Below are positions 52,703 to 64,000 of a stretch of DNA of 64,000 nt, piece after piece (position 1 is the stretch's first letter; each line of letters opens with the position of its first letter). Where the stretch lies: contig OZ296652.1 in NCBI GenBank assembly GCA_965655095.1, positions 19,840,001 through 19,904,000 of the forward strand, in the 5' to 3' direction. The position numbers and the translations under genes were made by a program. A model generated the notes under the pieces. The model was not told the origin of the DNA. It did not search any database and was given only the letters and a program-made list of their open reading frames with translations. Origin of the DNA: Haplodiscus bocki (lineage: Eukaryota).

Positions 52703-55700
52703 AGATATCATCCCATTTTGAATCAGCAATTATTAAATTGTCTGTGATTTTGAATTCTTTTCACTAAAAAAACCAGGTGAAAAGATGGTTTGGTATTTAC
52801 AGCAGGTAATTTTTGTGATTACAGTATTTCTGAAACATGTTGCCATTAACAACAAGTGCAATTAGGAACTAAAGTACTGATTTTAATTAAATGAACTCCT
52901 CAACAAAACTTGAAAATCTTTGGAGCTTATTTTCTTAAAGAACAACGATTTTACGAGAAACTAGTAAAAAAAGTTTCCTAAATTTCCCATAATATTTTAT
53001 TGTTGTTTTGTGTTTTAAAATTGGACCAGTAAATGAAAAAATCTGACCAATACAAATTTGGTCATTTTGGATCACACTTGAGGTTTTTCTCGATAATCTC
53101 ATAAACTACAAAAGTATAATACAAAAGTACAATAAAACGCTCAGTTACATTTTTAAACCTTTGAATCCTACAGTTTCCTAGAAAACAAAGTCCTTGAATT
53201 TTTACCTTACTTAACTGAAGTAAATTTTCTATATTAAGTTTTAGGAGATTTTCAAGGCTGTAAAACGGTGAATACTCTGTTTTTCTACCTCTTTTTAGTG
53301 TTGAGATTTTAAAGTTTGAATGCATCTTTAACAAGACATCACAATCCTGGTCGTAGGAGCAATTTCAATAAAAAAAAACGAAATTTGAAATTTGGGCCAA
53401 ATTTGCTTATAGTGGCTTCGGGTGGATTCTAAAATTTCACTCGAATTCGTCAAACTATCTAGATTGTTCATCCATTTAGTCGATTAAATTTTGCATAAAG
53501 TCTGAAAATGGTTTCAAAAAATAACCACAATGGCGATCTCAAACTCTCTGAATATACCAAACAAAAATCTTTGTAATGTAAAGAAAATTCTGTTATAACT
53601 TTTGTTTTTACTTTTTTCTAAATTTTTAGTTTATGAGATTTTGAGCTTCAAAAACGTCAATGTTTACTCAGGAGTTCCCCTAATTATAATTTTTGCTGTA
53701 GATGGAATCAAAGAAATGAAAATCCAGCTGACGACATCAAATTTTTATTTATGTCCATATTAGCGTCAGCGTTTTTGAAGTACTCAACAGTTTGAGTAAC
53801 AGGAAATTTCTGCTCACAATAAAAACTGGTTGATTTCATTTTGATTGAGCCACAAATTCTATACAGCAAAAATTTTGGTCTTTTATAGAAGAAGTTATAG
53901 TTTTTAAAAATGTTCGGTTCTTAATTTCCATACCTGTACAGCCTATTGAAAGTAAGCCCATTTTGGAGCAGTTTAAAACGCTAGAAAAAAATTGAAATTT
54001 TGAAAATATTTTCTGAACAAATTACACAAAACAAGAGTTCATCTCCCGGACAACAATAGGATGGGTCTAAAAAGAAGGGAGTTTTAAAATTCAACATTCT
54101 AACCAACAGGTAATAACACCTCAAACCATATTTACACGTATAATAGGCGGTGTTGTGCTACAGTGGAGCTTATGCTTTACTGAGAATCCAGTTTTGATGG
54201 CGAAAACTGACTTTGTCATGTTCCATTCCGTAATATTAGGCGGCATTAATAAGAGGGATGGCAGCTGAATATGACGCTTAGAATTACCCGTGACACTCCC
54301 ATTTATCAAGTTCAGAATTTATCGAAGTAACCGGTTTATAGAGTGATCAAAGAACATGCAACGGACGTCCAGAAACAGAGCACGACAAAGCAATTGCGAT
54401 AAAAATTAGTCTAAAGATGAGAAAGCTAAACTTCTGTGACAACTTAGGCATCAAGTATTCCAATCATTAAGCGCTTAAGAAATTAGCATATATTCGTCCA
54501 TCAAACTCAAACACGGTATCAATGGTTGACGACAACTTCCGCATTCAGCCACAAAAACTGCTCTTCTCCAATCACCTGTTCCGAACCTTGTCCATAATTG
54601 CAGCCTCAACTCTAGACGTTGCATTTTTTGGGTCGCCGAGTTTTAGATAAATTTCCCACAAAATCATGATGCCTGTGGGAGACTTTTTCCAATCTGCATG
54701 TAGGAATGACAGCAGCAAGATAACTATATTATACTTTCCAAGTTTTTTGGTCTGTTTTCGAAGCAGTAAATTGATGGCGGAAAATCAATGTGTTAAGAGA
54801 CTGAAAACAGGAAAAGTGAAAACAGCTTTCAATATTTTCATTTCAAAAGATGATGTAAAATTTTCATAGCGTTGAAAACATGTAGCTCATTAACAGTAAG
54901 AAATCCAAGAAACATTTTAAACCAAATACCTTTACAGAAGTTCTGTGGTGCTCTGGCGTTTTAGTTCAGGCTAGCTGGCATCTTTCTACATTACCGTTTT
55001 CAGCCAAACAAGCCGACAGGCAAAAATTTGAGGGTTTAACAGAATCGCCAGAATATCGGTTTAGAATCCTCCGTCCGATAAGCAACTCAGTATCAAAGAC
55101 CACTCCAGTCTAAAACAAAACAAAGCAAAACAATTCCAATAACTTTTTTCATGAAAAATGTATGCCTGAAGTACTCTAAACTCAATGATGGAGACCCTTT
55201 TTATAATTTAATATTTTGAATTATAATTTTTAAATTTATAATTATAATTTATAATGGAGGATAATTTAAATACTCCTATAAATTATCATTATTAGTTTTA
55301 ACTAACAATGCTTAAACTATTTCCATGCATTGGATTTTATTTAGTTTTAAAATTCAAAAGTATCCAAATTTCTTATTTTGGGTCCGATTGCAGATCCAAT
55401 CAATGTCAAATGCGAAAGATCTGATCTAGAAAATTTTGACACGCAGCGGTAAAAAAAGCTATTTATTTGCAAATGTGGATTAAAAATTGCTGAATTCTTC
55501 CATCTGACGAGATTAATGTCGCTATTATTGGCCGATTTTAGGCTTGAAGAAAAAGTAAAAAATTAAGGATTCCTTTAAAATTGAGGATTTTTTTCAAATC
55601 GAAAAAAAAGCTTTAGAAATCAAAAATATAAATCACTGCCTGAAGTCAAAATTGACATCACCTGCAATTGCGACATTTTTCTTTGGGTTTCTACTTATGA

Positions 55701-56004
55701 TTAAAATCCATCCGCTGACTGTTAATTTCAATGGCTAACTACCGCTATCGAAAAATTTGAAACTTTTGAAAGTCATTATTTTTTGTAAAATAGCCAACCG
55801 CTTGCAGGAATCTCTCTCGATTATCACAGCATCGGAGGTTACATGGTGGAAATACCAGAACAACACCACAAGACGTCAAAATACCCCAACATCAAGATAT
55901 CAGAAGATCAAAATACCAGTGTCAAAATACCACGCTTTGAAAAACATTGATGGGCTTTGGCCTAGAACCGTCTCAGTGTACATGTAGTTGAACCTAATTA
56001 GTAA

Positions 56005-56506
56005 CAAGACGGCCGGCTACCACCAACATATTTTCCCTTTTCCCATTTTGGTAAAGATGCCTTTTTAAAAGATGAAAGCGTTTTTTTTAGAATGCTCTGT
56101 TTCCCCATTATATTTTCTAGTTTTTTCCAACAAAAGTTTTCCGATTTTTGACCGAAAAACCTCACAAATAAGATGCAAAGATATTTATAGGAAATAATAC
56201 CCTTTGAGACGCATTCGACAAAAAAATTTCCACATGTAGCAATTTTGAAAAACTTCAAAGTTTTTTTCAAAAATCCCATCTATTTCTCCAAAAAACCCAA
56301 ATTTTGAACGATTCGAGAAATCTTACTATTCCAGTGGCATTTTAAGACAAATTTGCTAAAATTTGGTGCAAAAAATTTCACCGTCAGAATAATGAATGAA
56401 CATCCTTTTTTAGTGTGAATGCAATTGGCAGACAACGGGTAAAAAAAACACATTCATTTGAAGGGATGATTTTCCTCCCATGTGTAATATGGCGGAATAT
56501 AATAAA
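56005..56506 (-). mobile_element. Complete HINE-like element, inverted copy of 50404-50926
   Basis: The reverse complement is colinear over its full length and ends GTAGCCGGCCGTCTTG|TT. Confidence 0.8.
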
Positions 56507-57003
56507 GTTAATTTTGATGATGAAAGCATAGAATATCCACAACGCTCTTTATGCTAATCCCAAAAAGATTGTGCTCCAAAAAAAATCAATCCTGCTGACC
56601 GAAATATTGTCAATGGAATTTTTGGACCACAAAATCTTTCGGAAAAACTAAAATTTCAGAAAAGTTCTAGAAAGAAAGCTTTCTCAGATTTTTCTGAAAA
56701 CTACAATATTTTCAGTTCAAAATTATTTGGAACATAGTTACTGAATTTTTATATACTCAATTTTTTGCGAGTTGCCTGTAAAACACAAAAACAGAGGTAG
56801 CATCACAAAAAACTAGGTGGTACTTTGAAAAAAAGGAAAAAAGGAACTGCAAAACAACCTTCACAAAAACAGATATGATTTTTTTCGAAAAATATAGGTT
56901 CAAACAAGGGCTTAATTCAAACAACCGGAAAAATCTGAATGAAAACGAGGAAACCGAAAATTTTTGGCCACTCTATGAAGACGTTATGTTTTACCTACCC
57001 CGG

Positions 57004-58710
57004 TGCTATGCTCGCATGAAGGAAATACCAACTACATAGTTATACTTTGCGATCAGCCCATGTCCTATTATGAAGCCCCTACATCTATCTAGTATCACTT
57101 TATACATACGAGCGTATGCAGCATTATATACACTTGATATGAACGCCATTATATCTTATTACTCCATCTCCCGACCATATGAACGCGATTAAATATAATT
57201 TATAAATATGGAAAACGATATTATACACGCTTCAAATTATTGATCTCCATGCTACGCACCTTAGCCAAAAATTGGATAATCATTTGGAAGTGAGGTGCAG
57301 AACACCCCACTTCACTGCAGTTATAACCGCACCACATTTAATTTATACATTAGAGTGAGCTGCAAAACACATCACTCTGAAACACAGAAGTTCCGCGCAA
57401 AAAGTGATCATTTAAATTGAGTTAGCTTAACTTCACATCACCACCGTGCTACTCAAACGCATTCGTCAAATATTGTCCATCAATTAAAAGTAAGCTGCAA
57501 TATGCATCACCTCACCGAAAATTGAATCTGTAATTTTGCAATTCATTGATTAGACTGAGCCGACACACGCCTCACTCCAAAAATGCAGGTTGTATAAGCT
57601 TTGATCAAAATCATCATTTGAAGTGAACTGTAATACAAATCATTCACAGCTCAGTAAAAAATGAACGCTGTCAAATTTTATTAGCAAGAGTGAACCGTAC
57701 CACGCCTCACTCTCGAACGTCCATATTTTCCCCGCAGCATAGCAAACCTCACTCTAGTGATTTTTATTTAAATACGCGCGTAAATTGCTTTAAAGTGTGT
57801 TAGACGAAATACCAGCATCATTTGAAGTGTTTGTTCAGCCAGTGCTAGGAATACACGACCAATTACAAAGAGCCGCACATAAGCTCACTTCAGCCATCCT
57901 AAAAAAATACAATTGACGCAAATTAGTGCTTTTGGTGATGAATTAATTGTCTTATGTAATTAACGAGACTGTCTCTACATCACGCATGTGCCCAAAACCA
58001 CCAATATTAATTTCTAAAGACGGTGCAATATTAGAAATGTGTTAAATAGGATGGAAAATTGGTGCTAGCTAAAATAGTGTGAAGTTTAGGTGTGAAGACG
58101 AGATCCAATGAGAAACACCCAAATAGTCACGGGACTTAATTGCGTCCGCAATTAAAACACAACCCACTCGGTGTAAAAAACCTCACCAGCACCTGATAGA
58201 ACATTGACTTCGACGCAACCAGTGTTACGTTGCTACGAAATTTTTGTGACTTCAAAATGAAAAATCTTAACCTCGCTTATAATACACTTAGTCTTTGACT
58301 TAGTTTCTATACTTCTACTTTCTGCTTGCTTCGTAAACTCACTGTAGGTAAACCATTGCCTACAATCGAAATTCAATACATCAACATTAACAAGACCTTT
58401 CTTTAGTTAATGAGTGAAGAAACAGAAATCGGCACTCAGACATCAAATAGTTCCTCTGAAACAATTGAACTAAGATTCAGAAAAGAGTCGGAGACTGACA
58501 CTCCCGGTACCGAAACATCCATTGGTGAACTGACTCTAGGATCAGTTGACGAATGGATAAAACAAGCGACTGACCTAATCCTCAGACGAGTGGATGAATT
58601 ATGTGTTCTGTTAGCGGGTCGGAACGAAATGGAATCCGCTGAGAACAGTGAAGTGTCCAGTTTGAGGCGTAATCGTGAGTCTATTAGCCCCTCACGTAAC
58701 CGGTACAACA
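57004..58710 (+). mobile_element. Solo LTR (copy 2), intact termini
   Basis: TG...CA termini flanked by a perfect 5-bp TSD CCCGG (56999-57003 and 58711-58715); CCAAT box at 58105-58109; homologous to 13411-14920. Confidence 0.9.
57287..57891 (+). repeat. Array of ~10 AGTGA-N13-TCACT palindromic units inside solo LTR 2
   Basis: Units near 57287, 57351, 57417, 57486, 57551, 57619, 57686, 57745 (half), 57791 and 57866. Confidence 0.8.
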
Positions 58711-58721
58711 CCCGGGGTTGA
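58410..58721 (+). CDS. gag-like N-terminal ORF starting inside the LTR and running past its CA end (103 aa)
   Basis: Open from ATG 58410 through the LTR end at 58710; protein-level conservation with copy 1 and weaker similarity to copy 3. The gag assignment is inferred from position. Confidence 0.55.
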   Translation: MSEETEIGTQTSNSSSETIELRFRKESETDTPGTETSIGELTLGSVDEWIKQATDLILRRVDELCVLLAGRNEMESAENSEVSSLRRNRESISPSRNRYNTRG

Positions 58722-59101
58722 GAATTTCGGAAAATTATTTGCTGCACGAATTTGAAATAAAATGAAATTTGTTGTGGTACGTCAGTTATTGTTAGCAGTT
58801 TGACAGTTTACTTGCTAATGATTAATAAAAATCAGGCGCCTCTCCGACGCACTGGTTTAATTGTAAGAAATAACTAGTGGTTAAAAGTACTACCCAACCA
58901 ACTAAGCTCACCAACTGTGATATTTGGCCCTCCGATATTTTGTCTCCGTGGTATTCTGACTTTGTGGTAATTAGACGTCTGGTTCTTCTGAATTGTGGAA
59001 TTTTAACCTGAATCGAGAGCACGAATAATATCAGAAAGGAACTAGCAAAAACCCTATTCGAGGCCAAAAGGTGATTCGTACTAACTGTGAAAAAGTATAA
59101 A

Positions 59102-59290
59102 CAAGACGGCCGGCTAGCACCGGCATATTTTTCGCCCAACTACAAATATTTTGATCAACTTTGTCAAACGGTTAAAAACAAAACAACTGTTTTGATAATA
59201 AATTTCAAAGAGTTTTCACAAATATCAATTCCACTACTGATTTCTGTACTTTATGCAAAAGGGTATCACGATTTTCCGTTGAGAAATTTT
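59102..59290 (-). mobile_element. 3' terminus of a HINE-like element adjoining the satellite
   Basis: CAAGACGGCCGGCTAGCACCGGCATATTTTTCGCCC matches the terminus at 56005 (stem-loop GCCGG-N6-CCGGC plus sub-TIR). Confidence 0.75.
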
Positions 59291-62200
59291 TGCCTCACAG
59301 TGCCGAAAGCATTCGTCGAGAAACCCTTCTGTGTTTCAGAAAATTTCTGGTACCGAAAAATGTTAAGGATAAGAGAGGGGGCGGGTATCGCGATTTTTTG
59401 TCAAAGTTGTTGTCTCACAGTGCCGAAAAACTTCGTAGCGCAAGCCTTTTATGTTTCAAAAAAATTCCAGTATCGAAAAAGTTTATGAATAAGAGGGGGG
59501 AGGAGGAGGAATCGAGTATCACAATATTCTGTCGAAAATTTTTTCTCCCACAGTGCTGAAAAACTTCGTAGAGGAACCCTTCTGTGCTGTGTTTCAGAAA
59601 ATTTCTGCTAGCAAAAAAGTGTACGGACAAGAAGGGGGGAGGGGGGAGTATCGAAATTTTCCGTCAACATTTTTTTGTCTCAAAGTGCCAAAAAAATTCG
59701 TAGGGGAAGCCTTTAGTCTTTCATTAATTTCGGGTGTCGAAAAAAATTATGCTTCAAAGGCTTATGTCACGACTTTCTATCGAAACTTTTTTGAATCACA
59801 GGACCCAGACATTTCGTAGAGGAACTCTTCTGTGCTGTTTTTCGGAAAATATCTAGTAACAAAAAAGTTTACGGATAAGAATGGGGGGGAGTATGAAGAT
59901 ATTCCGTCGAAAATTTCTTCTCTCACAGTGTCTCCCCGTAGCGGAACCACTTAGTATTTCACTAATTGCGGGTATTGAAAAAAATTATGCTTCAGAGGTT
60001 TATTTGCCAATTTTCCGTCAAAATTGTTGTGTCTCAAAGTGCCGAAAAATGCCGTAGGGGAACCCTTTAGTCTTGCATTAATTTCGGGTATCGAAAAAAT
60101 TCATGCTTCAAAGGCTTATGTCACGATTTTCTGTCGGAAACTTTTTGTCTCACAGTACCGAAACATTTCGTAGAGGAACCCTTCTGTGCTGTGTTTCAGG
60201 AAATTTCTGGTAGCAAATAAGTTTACGGATAAGAAGGGGGGAGGGGGGAGTATCGAAAGTTTCCGTCGACATTTTTTTTGTCTCAAAGTGCCAAAAAATT
60301 TCGTAGAGGAAGCCTTTAGTCTTTCATTAATTTCGGGTGTCGAAAAAATTTATGCTTCAAACGGTTATGTCACGATTTTCTATCGAAAACTTTTTGTCTC
60401 ACAGGACCCAAACATTTCGTAGAGGAGCTCTTCTGTGCTGTTTTTCGGAATATTTCTAGTAACAAAAAAGTTTACGGATAAGAATGGGGGGGGGGAATAT
60501 GAATATATTCCGTCGAAATTTCTTGTCTCACAGTGTCTCCCCGTAGCGGAACCCCTTAGTATTTCACTAATTGCGGGTATCGAAAAAATTTTAGCTTCAG
60601 AGTGTTATGTGACGATTTTCCGTCAAAGTTTTTTTGTCTCAAAGTGCCGAAAAATGCCGTAGGGGAACACTTTAGTCTTTCATTAATTTCGGATATCAAA
60701 AAATTCATGCTTCAAAGGCTTATGTCAAGATTTTCTGTCGGAAAAATTTTGTCTCACAGTACCGAAACATTTCGTAGAGGAACCCTTCTGTGCTGTGTTC
60801 CAGAAAATTTCTGGTAGCAAAAAAGTTTATGAATAAGAAGGGGGGAGGGGGAGTTTCGAAATTTTCCGTGGACAATTTTTTGTCTCAAAGTGCCAAAAAA
60901 TGCCGTAGGGAAACCCTTTAGTCTTTCATTAAATTCGGGTATCGAGAAAATTCATGCTTCAAAGGGTTATGTCATGATTATCTGTCGAAAATCTTTTGTT
61001 TCACAGTACCCAAACATTTCGTAGAGGAAGCCTTCTGTGCTGTTTTTCGGAAAAATTCTAGAACCGAAAAAGTTTACGGATGCGAATGGGAGGTGGAGTA
61101 TAAAAATATTCCGTGGAAAGTTTTTTGTCTCAAAGTGCCGAAAAATGCCCTAGGGTAAGCCTTTAGTCTTTCATTAATTTCGGGTATCGAAAAAATTTAT
61201 GCTTCAAAGGGTTATGTCACGATTTTCTAACGAAAATTTTTTGTCTCACTGTACCCAAACATTTCGTAGAGGAACCCTTCTGTGCTGTTTTTCGGAAAAT
61301 TTCTAGTAACGAAAAAGATTACGGATAAGAATGGGGGGGGAGCAGGAAGATTATCCGTTGAAAATTTCTTGTCTCACAGTGTCTCCCCGTAGGGGAACCC
61401 CTTAGTATTTCACTAATTGCGGGTATCGAAAAAAATTATGCTTCAGAGGTTTATTTGCCAATTTTCCGTCGAAATTGTTGTGTCTCAAATTTCCGAAAAA
61501 TGCCGTAGGGGAACCCTTTAGTCTTTCATTAATTTCGGGTATCGAAAAAACTCATGCTTCAAAGGCTTATGTCACGACTTTCTGTCGAAAATTTTTTGTT
61601 TCACAGTACCCAAACATTTCGTAGAGGAAACCTTCTGTGCTGTTTTTCGGAAAATTTCTAGAACCGAAAAAGTTTACGGATGAGAATGGGAGGGGGGGAG
61701 TATGAAGATATTCCGTCGAAAATTTCTTGTCTCACAGTGTCTCCCGTAGGGGAACCCCTTAGTATTTCACTAACTGCGGGTATCGGAAAAATTTATGCCC
61801 TCAGAGTGTTGTGTGACGATTTTCCGTCGAAGGTTTTTTGTCTCAAAGTGCCGAAAAATGCCGTAGGGGAACCCTTTAGTCTTTCATTAATTTCGGGTAT
61901 CCAAAAAATTTGTGCTTCAAAGGGTTATGTCACGATTTTCTATCGAAATTTTTTTGTCTCACAGTACCGAAACATTTCGTAGAGGAACCCTTCTCTGCTG
62001 TTTTTCGGAAAATTTCTACTAACGAAAAAGTTTACGGATAAGAATGGGGGGGAGTATGAAGATATTCCTTCGAAAATTTCTTGTCTCACAGTGTCTCCCC
62101 GTAGGGGAACCCCTCAGTATTTCACTAATTGCGGGAATCGGAAAAATTTATGCTTTACGGTGTTATGTGACAACTTTCCGTCGAAATTGTTTTGTCTCAA

Positions 62201-64000
62201 GGTGCCGAAAAACGCCGTAGGGGAACCCTTTAGTCTTTCATTAATTTCGTGTATCAAAAAATTTCATGTTTCAAAGGGTTATGTCACGATTTTCTATCGA
62301 AATTTTTTTGTCTCACAGTACCCAAACATTTCGTACAGGAACCCTTCTCTGCTGTTTTTCGGAAAATTTCTAGTAACGAAAAAGTTTACGGATAAGAATT
62401 GAGGGGAGTATGAAGAAATTCCGTCGAAAATTTCTTGTCTCAGAGTGTCTCCCCGTAGGGGAACCCCTCAGTATTTCACTAATTGCGGGAATCGAAAAAA
62501 AATTATGCTTTAGGGTGTTATGTGACAACTTTCCGTCGAAATTGTTTTGTCTCAAGGTGCCGAAAAATGCCGTAGGGGAACCCTTTAGTCTTTCATTAAT
62601 TTCGGGTATCGAAAAAATTTATGCTTCAAAGGGTTATGTCACGATTTTCTAACGAAAATTTTTTGTCTGACTGTACCCAAACATTTCGTAGAGGAACCCT
62701 TCTGTGCTGTTTTTCGGAAAATTTCCAGTAACGAAAAAGTTTACGGATAAGAATGGGGGAGGGGAGTATGAAGATATTCCGTCGAAAATTTCTTGTCTCA
62801 CAGTGTCTCCCCGTAGGGGAACCCCTCAGTATTTCACTAATTGCTGGAATCGAAAAAATTTATGCTTTAGGGTGTTATGTGACAACTTTCCGTCGAAATT
62901 GTTTTGTCTCAAGGTGCCGAAAAATGCCGTAGGGGAATCCTTTAGTCTTTTATTAAGTTAGTGTATCAAAAAAAATCATGCTTCAAAGGATTATGTCACG
63001 ATTTTCTATCGAAAATTTTTTGTCTCACAGTACCCAAACATTTCGTACAGGAACCCTTCTCTCCTGTTTTTCGGAAAATTTCTAGTAACGAAAAAGTTTA
63101 CGGATAAGAATGGGGGGGGAGTATGAAGAAATTCCGTCGAAAATTTCTTCTCTCACAGTGTCTCCCCGTAGCGGAACCACTTAGTATTTCACTAATTGCG
63201 GGTATTGAAAAAAATTATGCTTCAGAGGTTTATTTGCCAATTTTCCGTCAAAATTGTTGTGTCTCAAAGTTCCGAAAAATGCCGTAGGGGAACCCTTTAG
63301 TCTTGCATTAATTTCGGGTATCGAAAAAATTCATGCTTCAAAGGCTTATGTCACGATTTTCTGTCGGAAACTTTTTGTCTCACAGTACCGAAACATTTCG
63401 TACAGGAACCCTTCTCTGCTGTTTTTCGGAAAATTTCTAGTAACGAAAAAGTTTACGGATAAGAATGGGGGGGAGTATGAAGAAATTCCGTCGAAAATTT
63501 CTTCTCTCACAGTGTCTCCCCGTAGCGGAACCACTTAGTATTTCACTAATTGCGGGTATCGAAAAAATTTTTTGCTTCAGAGGGTTATGTGACGATTTTC
63601 CGTCAAAATTTTTTTGTCTCAAAGTGCCGAAAAATGCCGTAGGGGAACCCTTTAGTCTTGCATTAATTTCGGGTATCGAAAAAATTCATGCTTCAAAGGC
63701 TTATGTCACGATTTTCTGTCGGAAACTTTTTGTCTCACAGTACTGAAACATTCCGTAGAGGAACCCTTCTGTGCTGTGTTTCAGAAAATTTCTGGTAGCA
63801 AAAAAGTTTACGGATAAGAAGGGGGGAGGGGGGAGTATCGAAAGTTTCCGTCGACATTTTTTTTGTCTCAAAGTGCCAAAAAATTTCGTATAGGAAGCCT
63901 TTAGTCTTTCATTATTTTCGGGTATCGAAAAAACTCATGCTTCAAAGGCTTATGTCACGACTTTCTGTCGAAAATTTTTTGTTTCACAATACCCAAACAT
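59291..64000. repeat. Satellite array of ~110-130 bp related monomers with higher-order repeats (~355 and ~600 bp); continues past window end
   Basis: About 40 monomers, each starting TGTCTCA(C/A)AGT and containing CGTAG(A/G)GGAACCC; four distinguishable variants recur in a regular order. Confidence 0.97.

Noticed and set aside
5109-58000. Most remaining 60-130 aa ORFs in the track
   Set aside because: F/K/L/I/N-rich translations typical of AT-rich non-coding DNA, many with non-ATG starts or lying within repeats.
59087-63746. Repetitive ORFs (CLKVPKNAVGEPFSLSLISG...) as a repeat protein
   Set aside because: They are translations of satellite monomers with frequent homopolymer frameshifts and no frame preservation.

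Overview
This is AT-rich, repeat-dominated eukaryotic DNA, probably an invertebrate intergenic or intronic region. No intact host gene could be supported. (1) Bases 1-6488 are the 3' half of a Ty3/Gypsy LTR retroelement: integrase C-terminus, a pseudogenised baculovirus-F/errantivirus-like env gene, a polypurine tract, and a 3' LTR interrupted by another repeat. (2) Three related solo LTRs lie at 13411-14920 (+), 28053-29959 (-) and 57004-58710 (+). Each ends in a short gag-like ORF that runs to the LTR end. Two carry a ~65-bp-period array of AGTGA-N13-TCACT palindromes with divergent spacers, which is the most unusual structure I found. (3) A family of Helentron/HINE-like non-autonomous elements is present; one member leads into a >4.7 kb satellite with higher-order structure (59.3-64 kb). 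(4) Other content: TA-flanked MITEs, heavily decayed LINE fragments, two old ~180-bp arrays, and an inverted pair of tRNA-containing repeats enclosing a decayed LDLa-like fragment. All alignments were made by eye, so boundaries lacking TSD/TIR support are approximate.
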